NCBI GenBank assembly: GCA_051453625.1
Contig: JBOZIK010000001.1
Location: 19,123,681 to 19,187,680, forward strand
Reading direction: 5' to 3'
Source: Welwitschia mirabilis
Taxonomy: Eukaryota
Length of the DNA stretch: 64,000 nt
Position 1 is the stretch's first letter. Each line of letters starts with the position of its first letter. Position numbers and translations under genes: made by a program. Under the pieces are notes generated by a model. It saw nothing but the letters and a program-made list of their open reading frames with translations. It searched no databases and was not told where the DNA came from. Shown here in pieces: positions 25,776 to 39,200 of this stretch.

Positions 25776-27728
25776 TCATGCATTACGTTTTCGAACTCTG
25801 TCTTTCATTTTCCTTGAGAATCTTAAGAAAGCATCTGATATATCCAATTTCCCAGCCATTTTCATTTTCTCTGCTAGTTCTTCGTATATGTTTGGCCTGC
25901 CTGCTCTTGAAAAATCTGCAAGAAACTTATTGGTGTTGAATCTTGGAAGTTTCATGCCTTTGTCAATCATGCTTTCCATGTATGTACAAGCCTCTTGGGA
26001 TCTACCTTCCATGATAAGGCCCCCAATAAATATCGTATATGACTCAAAATCAGGGCAACATCCATTCTTTGCCATCTGGTCCCAAACAGAAAACCCCATC
26101 TCTGGTCTTTTTGTCGAAAAGTACAGCTTCATAAGCATGTTATAAGTGGGAACAGAAGGGACGACATTGCGTTGGACCATTTGATCATACAAATTAGATG
26201 CTTCATCTGGTCTTCTTGAAATTAACATTGCTTTGAAAAGTACGTTATAGATCCTAAAGTCACAAGGAACTTCTTTATCTTTCATTTCTTGGAGAAGCTG
26301 ATAGGCAAGGTTGAATTTCTTTCGAGCTCCAAAACCCTTTATCAAGTAAGCATATACAGCACCATCAGCAGGGTACCCATGTTCCTGCATTTCTGAAAAC
26401 AGTTTCATTGCTTCGGTTATTTTCTTAGCTTTACAAAGACCATGTATAACAATGGTGTAGGATTTCTTATTAGGAATGACATGATTTGCTTTCATTAGTT
26501 CGAAAAGCTTAAGAGCATCATCTATCCTTCTGCAGCTAAAAAGACCCTCCAGCATGATATTGTGGACTAAAATATCTGGTCTAAACCCTTCATCAACCAT
26601 CTCATTCCACAATTTCACTGCCTCTGTCAAATTTCTCACCCTACACCACCCATAAATCAACACACTGTAGGTGTTCCCGTTAGGGATAAGTCTTTCTCTC
26701 ATTCTTTCAAAGAGGGCATGGGCTTCCCGTGCTAACTTTGCTTTGCTCAAGGAAGCCAAGAGAACATTAAAAGTGTTGATATCAGCAAGGAAACCATACC
26801 TTTCCATCGAAGCAAACATCTGAACAGACCTCTTGTACTGCTTCCCTGAACAAAAACCCCTGATGGCAATTTCAAAAGTCTTAATGTTCAGAACATCCCT
26901 TTTCTTTCCCATTTCTTCCAAAAGCTCATTCATCGCCATATACTGCCTATTTTTGGCAAAAATACTCATCATGGTGTTGTATGTCAGAGAATTGTGCAAA
27001 AATCCTGGCTGTTTCCCAGCCCAACTAAAGAAACTGGAAAAAACGTTCCAAAAGAAACATATTCAGAATTCATAAGCAATATAATCAGAGTAAAAGATGA
27101 TAATCCTATCAGAAGAAACAACTGTGAGAAATATACCTGACAAAGACCTAACTGACCTGAAAGCAGGCCTCCAAGCATTGGACAACCTTCGTAAAACATG
27201 ATGCACAAGTGAATGAGACAGATCAACATCGCACTGATCGAGACCAGCCTCAAACCTGCGATTGGAAGCAAAGATCTCTTCCACAACTCCAGATACCCTA
27301 GCAACTTCCTCCAGATTAACAGGAGTATCTTCGATTTCGCGTTTTTCAAACTCTTCGTCAGAGTATTCGCCATTGTTCCCACCAATAGTCCAAGAAAATG
27401 CCCTGGTCAAGAAAGTAGGGCCGAAATTCCACGTCTTACTTCCTAATAACACATTTTGAATACCGTTTTTGCTGCTAGAAAACGTATTTATGCCGGCCAA
27501 GCTTAATCCATAAACAAAATTACAGTGCCAGAGTTTTCTTGCACAGTATCGCTGAATACTTTCATCAGGATTGACACTAGATGCATCAACTAAAAGACGA
27601 TGCGTTTGATAAACGGGAGGGATTCTTAAAGGGTACCCAAAAACCCTATGGAGCAGGAAATATCGGCTCACCATACTCCATTCTTCTGATTTTGGAAGGA
27701 AGCGTCTGCAGATGTTAAGTCGGCGCAT
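25776..27728 (-). CDS. P-class pentatricopeptide repeat protein, probably mitochondrial, At3g62470/At5g14820-like; join(27157..27728, 25776..27033), ~609 aa
   Basis: Two same-frame ORFs are joined by a 123-bp GT-AG intron (27034-27156; donor TTCAG|GTCAGT, acceptor TTCCAG|T), giving RPAFSFFSWAGKQPGFLHNSLTYN. Tandem 35-aa PPR motifs, an R/L-rich N-terminus, and C-terminal NKFLADFSRAGRPNIYEELA as in the At3g62470 family. Confidence 0.93.
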
Positions 27729-28809
27729 CGTCCTACACTAAGCCACCTTAGATACTGGACTACTGTGCAGAAACATGGTGCATACTTTCTGTAATTCCTC
27801 GAGATTTCCTTTCAACAACAGAGCGCAGCCAGATGATTTTTACATGGAGGGTATCAATAACGATACTGAATGGCTTTGGGTGCTAAATTTTACTAGGGAC
27901 TTGTCCTTGATATTTTTTAATTATAATTTATTTATTGTGANNNNNNNNNNTGAATTTTTGCCTCTAAATTTTTAGAGGAAATTATTTTACTACTATATTA
28001 ATATAAATATACTATGTTTGAGAATAAAAATACAATGCCAGATTGTATCTTCATAGTATTTGAATAGATGGATATGGAAACCAAAAAAAAGAAAAAGTAA
28101 ATTCGGCTTTACAAATCAGCATGAAAAAGATTTATGGAGTGTGAAAAATTCAAAACTTACACAAGATGAGCTTGCAAAACAGGCTTACAAAGAGATTAAG
28201 TTAGTAAAGAAGCTTGAACAAAGCACCATTTTAGAAGTCTTAAAAAGCAAACAAGAGTTTGAAAATATGGCTTCTAGTAACCTTGAATACAAAAGACGAA
28301 AATATCTTTCTTGTTCAAGAAAGAAAACATGGATTCAAAAAATTGGCTTCGAGTGACATTCAACACAAAAGAAAGTAGTGTATTGCATGTCTAAAAGTTG
28401 ATGCTACACTTGTCAATTGGTTGTTACAGTGTTAACAAGAACGTTTTACATTAGTGGGTGCTATGATAAAAGCAAAAACATAGTCATTTGCTCATCGGTT
28501 GAATATTCTTGCAGAGAGAAGCCGCCTTCCTCCCAAGCCCCACTTCTTTTTTTCCCTTCCAATGGATGGCTTCTATCTGTTCAAGGAGGACACATCTTCA
28601 AGTATTTGAAAACACATGGGAAAATCAAACTATTAGAGCAATGAAGCCATTGAATCAACTAATTGAATATAAGCACAAGAAGTAAGTATCCTCTACAAAA
28701 TATTTTTCAAATTAAAACTAAAACTTATATTTTATTATGTCTATAGACTCTAAGGATGTATTAAACAATTGAAATGTATATGTGATGAGATTTGAACACA
28801 TGAGACTTT

Positions 28810-28973
28810 TTAGTGACCATACCTCTTCCTTAGGAGTATGACCATTACAATCATCTAAATAAATGATTTAATTATGCTTAAGGCCTCATAGTATAATAAC
28901 AAGATCATCCAAAGGTTCAAATTGATGACCTCCTAACTAGAGGATAAGTGTCTTATCAATTGGACTGTTATCC
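28810..28973 (-). mobile_element. tRNA-derived SINE, copy 2 (same family as 20976-21135)
   Basis: Reverse complement 'cagtccaattgataagacacttatcctctagttaggaggtcatcaatttgaacctttggatg...catactcct' aligns to copy 1. Confidence 0.65.
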
Positions 28974-29489
28974 TAAGGGAGAGATGTGGTGATGAGAAAG
29001 TTATGTTTTTAAACCTCATTGCATGTATATTTCAATTATTCAATTGCTAAGCATTAAGTTGAAGGAAGAAAGTAAAAAAGACTTACATTACACTAGTTTT
29101 AGCTACAAAAATTTAAAAAAAAAAAGAGTTTTTTTAGGTTATTGTAGAATGCCTGGTTGTTTCAAAAAGAGATATGTAGAAGAATTAGGATTTATTCATG
29201 TTGTTAATTAAAAAAAATGGAAAGATAAAATTATTATTTCAAAGCTATATATCAAAATTTAATTTAAAAATGAGGTTGCAAAATCATCATGATTTGTTTC
29301 TACTGACCCTACTATTGGAAAGCACATTCAGGTCCCTAGTGTATACAGTGAAGATGCTAGGTCAGAAGTGGGCTGATGCCATGGATCTGACACCAGGTCG
29401 GATGCTGCCGTTGGCTTGAATGCTGGGTCAGCTCCTGCAAGCAATTGACTCGGCTTACATATGATGCTGATCGAATGAGGGCAATATAT

Positions 29490-30446
29490 AGCCACATTAA
29501 GCTTCTATTTTTGCCTCATCAAAGATATAACCAATGGATGCTGGCATTGTTGCATATGTCTAAGAATATTATAAGAGAATGCAATTGCAATATGCTTTGA
29601 ATAGAGATGAGATAGAAGAAGAAAACATCTACATGAGTAGTCAATTATAAGTTATATAATTCTCCAAAATAACTTAGCACGATGTTTTTGCAATAACCAT
29701 CAAATACTATTAGAAGCACAATTAAATACTAAGAACTATACCAAATTTAATCATTTTACTTAAAGATGTAGCTACAAAGAACATACAAGTTTTGGAAAAT
29801 AAGAAACATATTAAAGGTGAATTAGTTGCTCAAATGCAAATACTTTATTTAAGAAATGGAATGATTATTGAAACATTTAGATCAAGATAGAGAAAGAGAT
29901 GTGTATGAAGAATTTATAGACAATGCTATCATTTAAATGGTAGTAGCTAGAGAAGAAAATAGAGAAAAAGCATGACAAATAATGAATTTCTTGTGATTGA
30001 TCTTTCCATACTAGAAAAAATTGCTCATATTCATAATGTTAATAAGGCTACTAATGAAATAATGAAAGATGATGGATTAACTATAAAATGTTTGAGAAAG
30101 TTGAATAAAAGCTCAAAGATACATTAGAGAAGGAGGGGGAAAAAAATCTAAGAGATAAAGATTGATAAATCATTTAAAAAAACATAAGAATGCTTGTTAT
30201 ATTATTTCAATGTTGTGTAAGGTAGATATTTAGAATTTTTTATTCTACAAAACAATTGGATGCATATATATTTTGAAACTTTTATATAATGTTCTTTCTA
30301 AATCCATATTTAAAATTTATGTATTATTTAACATCATGGATGGTATATCATTACTTATAAATTAAGTGATTTTGATATATCGTCTTTGTATCATTTAAGA
30401 AAGGATATTAGTATTAATAACACTATTATGTAGAGGGATTAATGTA
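29490..30446 (+). mobile_element. pogo/Tigger-like (DDE_1) DNA transposon remnant: C-terminal transposase plus probable 3' TIR
   Basis: SHIKLLFLP / SKI*PMDAGIVAYV*EYYKRMQLQYALNRDEIEEENIY...QL...HDV..ITI....KH (cf. FLPPNTTSKIQPMDAGII..FK..Y). Ends in 'ttatgtagagggattaatgta', resembling a reversed pogo TACAGT..ACCTC TIR. Confidence 0.75.
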
Positions 30447-30799
30447 TTATCTTAGTCTTTTAAAATGGTGACTTGACAATATTCATCATTTAGGGATCCA
30501 TTTTAATGAACTATCATAGCATTGTCTTATCCTTTTGAAATGGTGACTTAACTTTTTATGAACTATAAGAATAAAGCTAAAAGCTTTATCTTCACACTAT
30601 CTTATCCTTTTAAAATGTTGACATGTTAATAAAAATTCCTATTTTAATTATACTTAAGAACTAAAAGGTTTTTAAGATTTCTTTTTAAAATTATCATTCT
30701 TTTAATAGCTAATTGTTTATGTATACTTCTCTAACATTCTTAAAGGCTATGATGGACATTACATACTTCAAAATAAGACTATGCCTATTATCATTAGGG

Positions 30800-30862
30800 A
30801 ATTAAATCTAGGACCTTTAGGTCCATAAGTGTAAAGATGTTCTAATTACCACTTGAACCACT
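30800..30862 (-). mobile_element. Possible tRNA-derived SINE head
   Basis: Reverse complement 'gtggttcaagtggtaattagaacat...ggtcctagatttaattccc' has an A-box and a degenerate B-box. Confidence 0.35.
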
Positions 30863-30967
30863 TTTAGGAATTAGTTTTATATAATGATCAATTGGTATAA
30901 CGAAACCATAGAAGAATATAAAAGAACTGCTTATTACCTTCTATTGTGATGAAGTTTTTACTATGCT

Positions 30968-32211
30968 TGATGCACTGCCAAATTGTATGTATTTTATGAG
31001 GTGTTATGAACTTTTTGGTAGGGCATTTCTACAGGTTTAGATGTAATTTTGAGGATTATGGAGAGTTGATGGATGATCACTGAAAAGCATAATTCTTGGC
31101 ATAACTAAAGCCATTTCAAGTACATTCTAATGCTCAGTGCTTTCAAGGAAGATCACTAATACTAGAGGTTAGCTTCTCTTGGATTGAAAGGATAAAGAAG
31201 ACTATTGTCTCCTCTGTCATCCCCACAACAGGCAGGACAAGAACACTACATAAGCCACATAGGAATGCTTATGTGGACTGAAGCTGATACCACTGGAGTC
31301 ATCCTTTTTAAAGAGGTGTCATCACCATGATCATCCCCACGATAATCAGGATGATAAACATAATGCATGAACCATCATTCACTTGGTCTTTTCCACAATA
31401 GTTAGGATGACATCTAAAATGGTTAGCTGACTTTCACCCATTTCATCCATTCCTTTCTTAGATTTGAGCATGTTTCTCAGTGCATTTTATGTGACAGTTT
31501 CGCCTTCTTCGCCCTATAAATAAATTCCTCTTTTGACTCTCCTATCCATCTTTATTTACATTAGACATTCTCATGACAAGAGATCGAAGGGCGGGAGATC
31601 CATCTTGTAAGTTACAGAAAGATGTTTCCTTGGTGTTGGGTTGTGCATCCTCCATTGAGGTGTAGCTATTTTGTAACCTAGATGTTGGTTTAATTCTTAA
31701 TATAAACTTTACTTTCTTTTGTGCATTTATACTATTAATTTCCCTTATAGTTTATGTTCTTCTTGATTCGATGTTAGTTTCATTAATGATATAGGTCTTA
31801 AAGGAAACCTTCATTAAGGTTGATGATAGTAGTTTAGAATCATTTTTGCACTACATTTATTCAACTTACTTAATAGCCTAAGTCAGTCTCAGTTAGTGAC
31901 AGTCTCATTGGCTAATCTAGGTTATATAGGACCGATCTTCTTGACACGTTGATTTAGTACTCGGGTAGGTGTTCATGTAGGTTAAGTGCATTTGCATTTC
32001 ATTGCATGTTTACTTTCTTGCATTATTCTTAATTTAGGATACAACATTTTCTCTAAAAATCAATTCTCCTTTTTCTCTCACATGCCTCCAATGGGTTTAT
32101 GACATTTGGGTCACTCCTATTTATACTAGAGTGTTGTATTTTGTAATATATCTATTTTGATTAGCAGGATTTAGTAAGATGTAAAGGACTACAAAAATAT
32201 GCACTACAACA
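30968..32211 (+). repeat. 5' LTR of Athila-like element
   Basis: TG...CA termini. Collinear with 40845-41004 joined to 50480-51553. Confidence 0.9.
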
Positions 32212-34599
32212 TCTTGGTGCCATTACTAGGGAAGGCTACTGAGAAGCATGAGGTTTCATTGCTCAGGTAAGTACATTGAATTTTAGTTTGAATATTTCTC
32301 TATAGTGACATCGCATTTCTATTTAGGAATTGTAGGTTTTCAATTCACAGTTTTCTATTTTTCGTAGTTTTTTAATAAGAGTCTATCGTCCTCTCTGTTA
32401 TCCCTATGACATTGAAAACAATAAACAGAGTATTGCTATTTATTTTCTATCTACAAAATTTTCTTTTAGTTTTTGTTTTAACAATAAAATAATTATCATC
32501 TTCTTTATCGTCCCCATGAAAGGCGGATGACAGCCTTTATTCTATTTTTCTACATTCTATTTTTATGTTATAGTTTTAGTTCAGCTTTCTGCTTTCTATT
32601 TTCATCATCCCCTCTATCGTCCCAATGACCAGAACGATGACTACTAGTTGTTTTTTATTTCATTTTCTATTACTTTCTATTTGAAGAATGTTATGACATG
32701 GTCAATCTGGGAAATAAATATCAAAGAGAAAGACTATGGATGGAAAAAAAATCAGAGAAGGACTAGTCAACTTCAAAATCAAATAGGGAATGCAGTCTCT
32801 AAGTGCATATAATATTCCTTCTGAGTTTTTTTTTTCTGAATCTGATTCCATAGAATAAAATTTTTTAGAAAGTACTTTAGAAGAAGATAATTTTATGAGG
32901 TCAACTACTGTGCAAAAACAAAACCAAGCCTTAGGTTCTTTAATGTCTGGTCCTAATGCAAACTTTACCCTTAAAGAATTAATTTCCAATATGAAATGGG
33001 AAATTCAAGTTCCTTTTGATTTATCCCCAGGAGATGATGCTGAATTAAAGAATTTATATTCCTGTCCCATCTTTAGTGGTGAACATAATGAGGATTCCCT
33101 TTAACACATTGCAGACATTGAATAGTTAGTCCTTACCTTTGGCAATGAGAAAAAAGGATTAGTGATCATACCTATATGGTTATTTTTCTTATTATGTTAA
33201 AAGAAAAGATAAAATTTTGATTGAAAACTATACCCACAAGAGCCTAAAAACTTGGAACCAAGGTCACGAAGTTTTTATTAAAAGATTTATAAGTGAGGCA
33301 ATGATTAGGAAAAGAAAAAAGAAGTGAAAAATTTCCAACAACAACCAAATGAGAATTATGCTTCCACATACGAACACTTAATCACCATTCGCTCTAATCC
33401 AATAGACACTTTTACATAAGAAGAGCTAGTTGATTGCTTTTATAGTGGGCTAAACCGCTAAATGAAATAACTCGAAGATTTCTCTTGTGGTGGAAACCTA
33501 ATGAACCTCATACTACAAAATGTATGGAAAACATTAGAAGAACTTGTGGAGGTGAGCTAAATTTGGTCAACATCAAAAGATAAGTGCACTGTAGGATAAA
33601 TCATCAAAGATTTGAAAAAGGTAAAAAAATAAAAGGAGGTAGACAAAATAAAAGATAACCCTATAAATTTGATTAAAGAATTCACAACAACTTTAGAGAG
33701 ATACACTGAGATGATTCTTAATGCAAAATTAGAAACTGAAAAAGAGTATTATGCCAATATGTGACTTATGCAAGGATAACTATCACATAACTAAGGATTA
33801 TCCACTATTGTCAACATACAAGGAGAAAATACATAAAGAACTTTATGCTTTCAATAAAAAATTTTCAAACTTCATAAATCAAAACTAGTCACAACCTAGG
33901 ATGAATACACAAATCTTTGATAACAAATTTAAAAATTTCCAAACTAATTTTTAATCTTTCAAAAATTGATTTAAAAATTCGAACTTTCAACCAAGTTCAT
34001 TAAATTTTCAACATCAAGATAATTCACTTTAAAAACCTATAGATAAACTTATGAAATTACAAGAAAGAATAAACTCTAGCATTGAAAAGACAAACACCAA
34101 CATTGAAAACTGAGTAAATGTCCTTCAACAAACCATGTTGGTAAACCAAAAACCACAAGAATCATTAGCAACACAACCTATACCAAACCCTAATGAAATG
34201 AGAAAAGATTATAAGGTTGTAACAAGAAGTGGACATGAAGCAAACCCTTCTCCTTCTGAAGCGTCAACCTCCCAAAACAACATTAGGGATGAGGAGGAAG
34301 AAGAGGACATTGAAATACTGAAAAACTACAACTTTCCTTTTCTTTGTAAAAGTAAAAAGAAAAAATCTTTACAACAAACAAAAAAGAAAATCGCTACCCT
34401 TTAGCTTTATAGGATTAACACTAATTCAACTTTCAATGAACATCTCAAAACCTTAATGCAAAATGTGAGTATAAACTTATCATTCTAGAAACTTTTTCAA
34501 GAAAATCCAAAATACTCTAAGATATGGAAAGACTTAATAAGAAGAAAGCAAAAACAAGTTATTTCTAGCAAAGTCTTTCTAGCTCAATCACTTACAACT

Positions 34600-37500
34600 T
34601 AGTATTATAAAAATCTCCAAAATTTAAGGATCTAGAGGTAGCAACAATGAGTGTTACATGAGATGAAGACAAAAGAATCAAAATAGCTTTAATTAACATT
34701 AGAGTGAGTGTTAACATCATACAATTACACATTTGTAAGAGACTCGATTTACAAGATAGAATAAAACCTAGTCAGATTCTCTTAGAATTAGTAAACACAT
34801 TGATTAAGAAACCGTTAGGGGTTATCAAATATTTAGTGATCCAAATTAAAAAAGTATTATACCCGATAAATGTGGTTATCATAGAAGTCAAACATAATAG
34901 AGGTTATCCATTGCTTCTAAGAAGATCCTTCTATGCAAAAGCCCATTACATCGTTAATACAAGAACTAGGATGATGGAATGTCACCTAGAAAATGAAAAG
35001 TTTTCAATTAGATTTTTTGATTCAGTTAAGAAAACTTAGGTGATGAATGGAACATAAAAAATAGAATCAAACCAATGTTATTTCTTCAACATCATTTCCT
35101 TTAAGAAAGATGGCTAATGTTACATGAATCTATGCTTTATGATGATCCACTTGAGATTAAAAATCTAGAAGTTTTTAATACATCCAACCTTAAGCATCTA
35201 GAAAATGACCTTTTAGATCAGGATGAAGAAGAAACAAAATCCTTAGTCTGTAAGGAAATCCAACTATTAACAACAAATGAAAACTCATACTTTGAGAAAG
35301 ATCATCTACTACATGAGTCAGAAACTGAATATCTTAATCTTAATTTGAAAAATCTTCCTAGTGAACTAAAATATATTTTTCTCTGTAATGATTAAAAAAA
35401 ACCTCTCATAATCAATGGTAATATTTTCTCTGAATAAGAGTCAACATTAATCTCCCTTTTGACTTCCAAAATTCATGCCTTTACTTGGTCTCATAAAGAT
35501 TTATCTGCCATTCCTCCTTTTATTGTTCAGCATAAAATCTATCCTAAGGAAAATGTGAAACCTATTAGGTAACCATAAAGAAGATTAAATCTAGCATTTA
35601 AACAAGTACTTAAGAATGAAATCATTAAGTTAATGGATGTTAGAATCATTTATGCTATATCAGATAGTGAATGGTTTAGTCCCTTAATTGTAGTACCAAA
35701 GAAGGATGGGAAATGGAGAGTATGCATAGATTTTAAAAAACTAAACAAAGTGTCAAAGAAAGATCATTTTCCCCTACTCTTTATTGACTAGATACTTGAT
35801 AGAATTTATGTACATGCTTTCTATTGCTTTTTAAATGGATATAGTAGTTATAATCAAGTTTTCATAGCTAGTGAACACTAGGCTAAAATAACTTTTACTT
35901 TACCTTTTAGGACATTTGCTTTTAGATGAATGCCTTTTGGATTATGTAACACTTCTAGAACTTTTTAAAGAGCTATGATGGGTATTTTTTCAGACATGTT
36001 AGAGGACTTGATAGAAATCTTTATGGATGACTTTTGAATCTTTGGAGAAACCTTTGATCAAATCTTCAAAAGTTTAAAAAAAGTCCTTAATATATGTATG
36101 GAGTGTGGTGTTCATTTAAGTTGGGAAAAGAGTTTTTTTTCTAGTTGAAATTGGAATTGTTCTAGGCCACAATATTTCTAAAAAAGAAATTAAGATGGAC
36201 CCTGAGAATGTTGGTATTATTCAATACTTAACTTCTCTAACCAATGTTAAGAAACTTTGATCTTTTCTTGGAAATTGTGGTTTTTACTACTGCTTCATAT
36301 AAGATTATGCTAAAATATATAAACCCCTACACTCATTACTAGAAAATAAGCTAAATTTGATTGAAATACATCTTGTCAGCTTACTTTCAATAAACTCAAA
36401 CATAAACTCTCTTATGCTCCTGTTGTAATAGGACCTGATTGGGAAAAATATTTTTAGTTAATATGTGATGCTAGTAATTTTGCTGTACGTGAGGTGCTTG
36501 AATAAAAATACAAAAATGATTTAAAGTTATTTCTTACCATAGTAAAACATTGTACAATTCTCAAGTAAATTACTTAACTATCAAGAGAGAAATATTATCC
36601 ATAATCTTTTGCCTCAATAATTTTAGACATTTTTTAGGCTTCCACACAAATGTCTACATAGATCATGTGGTGATTAAATACCTAATGACTAAGAAATATT
36701 ATAGCACTAGGTTGATTAGATGGATCNNNNNNNNNNNNNNNNNNNNNNNNNNNNNNNNNNNNNNNNNNNNNNNNNNNNNNNNNNNNNNNNNNNNNNNNNN
36801 NNNNNNNNNNNNNNNNNNNNNNNNNNATGAAGAGTCTGCATAGATTTTAAAAAACTAAATGAAGTCACAAAAAAGGATCATTGGTAGAATTTAAAAACAT
36901 GCTTTTTATTGCTTTTTAGATGAATGTATCAGTTATAACTAGGTTTGCATAGCTAGTGAAAACTAGGCTAAGAAAACTTTTACTTCACCTTTTGGAACAT
37001 TTTCTTTTAGAGAAATTTCTTTTAGATTATGTAACTTTTCTAGAATATTTCAACATGCTATGATGGGCATTTTTTTAGACATGATAGAGATTCAATATAA
37101 ATTTTTATTGATTACTTTTTAGTCTTTTGAGAAACCTTTGATCAAATCTTAAAAAGATTAAAAAATTCCTTGATAGATGCATAGAATATGGCCTTTATTT
37201 AAGTTGGGAAAAGAGCTTATTTTTAGTTGAAAATCGAAAAGTCCTAGGTCATCACATTTCTAAAAGAGAAATTAAAATGGAATCTAAAAAGTTTAGTATC
37301 ATTCAAAACTTAACTCTTCCAACCAATGTTAAGTAACTCTAATCTTTTCTTGAACATTGTGATTTTTATCATTTCTCCATATAAGATTATGCTAAAATCT
37401 ATAAACCCCTACACTCATTACTAGAAAAAGAAGTTAAATTTGATTGGAACAAGTCTTATTAGCTTTCTTTTAATAAACTTAAACATAAACTCTCTTATAC

Positions 37501-39200
37501 TCCTATTACAATAGAACCCGATTGGAAAGAAGATTTTGAATTAATATGTGATGCTAGTACTTTTGTTGTAGGTGGGGTGCTTGGATAAAAATATGAAAAT
37601 GATTTCAAATTTATATCTAATCATAGTAAAATAGTATTCAAAGCTCAAGCAAGTTATACAACTATGAAGAGGGAGATGTTAGCCATAATCTTTTGTCTTA
37701 AAAATCTTAGACATTATCTTTTAGGCTTTTACATAAACATCTATATAGACCATGTGGTGATTAAATACCTGATGACTAAGAAAGACTCTAGTACTAGGCG
37801 GATTAAATATATCCTCTTAATGCAAGAATTTAATTTCACCATCATAGATAAGGCAAAAAAACATAACAATATAGCAAATTAGTTATTACACCTTACTTCT
37901 GCTTTTGATGATATTTCTATTAGTGATTCTTTTCCAAATGAATAACTATTTATTGTATCTTATACTCATCCTCCTCCATAGTACATGGATATTGTTAACT
38001 ATCTTGTTACTTTAAAAACATCATAAAATTGGAGTCACAATTAAAGAAAATCTTTTCTCCATAGGATAGGTGACTACGAGTGGATCTCACCTCATCTTTA
38101 TCATTGGTGTAAGGATCAAACTAGAATGAGAAAAACCTAATATCCTTCACCCTTATCATGGTGGCATTTGTAGTGGACATTTTAGTAGTCAAAAAATAGT
38201 CATGAAAGTTATTCACTCCGGATTCTATTGGCCTAGTCTTTTTAGGACTCTTTTGAGTATGCTAGAAAGTCTAATGCATGTAAATATTTTAATATCCTTT
38301 TATGATCATAGGATATGTCCCTCAAACCTAGTCTTTAGTGTGAACCTTTTGATTATTAGGGAATCAATTTCATAGGCCTAATTAAACCACCTTCTAAAAA
38401 CAAAAATTACATCTTAGTGGTTATGGATTATGTGATTAAATGGATTAAAGTAGTTCCTACTTACTCAAATGATGTCTGAACCATTTGTAACTTTGTTAGA
38501 ACTCAAATTTTTTAATGTTTTGGATTTTTTTAAAATAATTATTAGCCATTAGGGAACTCATTTCATTAATTATCTTTTTAGAAAACTTCTTTTATTCATT
38601 GGTATAGAACATAGAGTAGCTTGTGCTTACCACCCTTAAACCAATGGATAAACTGAAAATGCTAATAAAGAAGTCAAAAAAATGCTTATAAGACTTATAT
38701 CTACTAATAAGAAGTCATGGAATTTTAAGCTAAATGATGTTCTTTGGGCTTACCATACAACTTGGCATAATTTACTTGGTTTCTCACCCTATGAACTTGT
38801 ATACGACAAAATCTATGTTTTCCTTATTGATGTTTGTTATAATTCTTATCGTTCTATACCTCAACTTAATCTTGTTAATTTAGAAGAGAATTTTACAACT
38901 TGTTTAGCTCAATTATATCATTGAGATGAAAAACAAACTCAAGATATGCATCGTTAACTTATTCACAAAGTCCAAAATAAGTTTAAAGATGATAAAAAGC
39001 TAGTCCATAAGAACTTTGAACTTGGTCAACTAGTCTTGTTGTACAACACTAGAATGTAACTCATACATAACAAGTTAACCTCAAAATTATTAAGTGCTTA
39101 CCTTATTAAGAAAATACATTCTAATGGCTCAGTTAAGATTTCTGACTTAACCACTAAAGAAATTTAGAAAGTTAATGGACAAAGGTTGAAAATATGCGAG
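34600..39200 (+). pseudogene. Degenerate Gypsy pol (protease, RT, RNase H, integrase), with RT-RH repeated across an N gap
   Basis: Motifs include PLIVVPKKDGKWRVCIDFKKLN, KDHFPL, FMDDF, ICDASNFAV, GGICSGHF, YHP*TNG*TE and KVNGQRLK. Confidence 0.92.

Noticed and set aside
25693-27459. Plus-strand ORFs (25693-26145, 26833-27075, 27213-27446, 27262-27459) and minus ORF 26984-27385
   Set aside because: Antisense or alternative-frame shadows of the PPR coding sequence.
28060-28660. ORFs 28060-28356 and 28417-28644, plus an LPMDGFYL motif in another frame, as a divergent gene or P-loop kinase fragment
   Set aside because: No convincing extended homology or exon structure. An 8-residue motif alone is insufficient.
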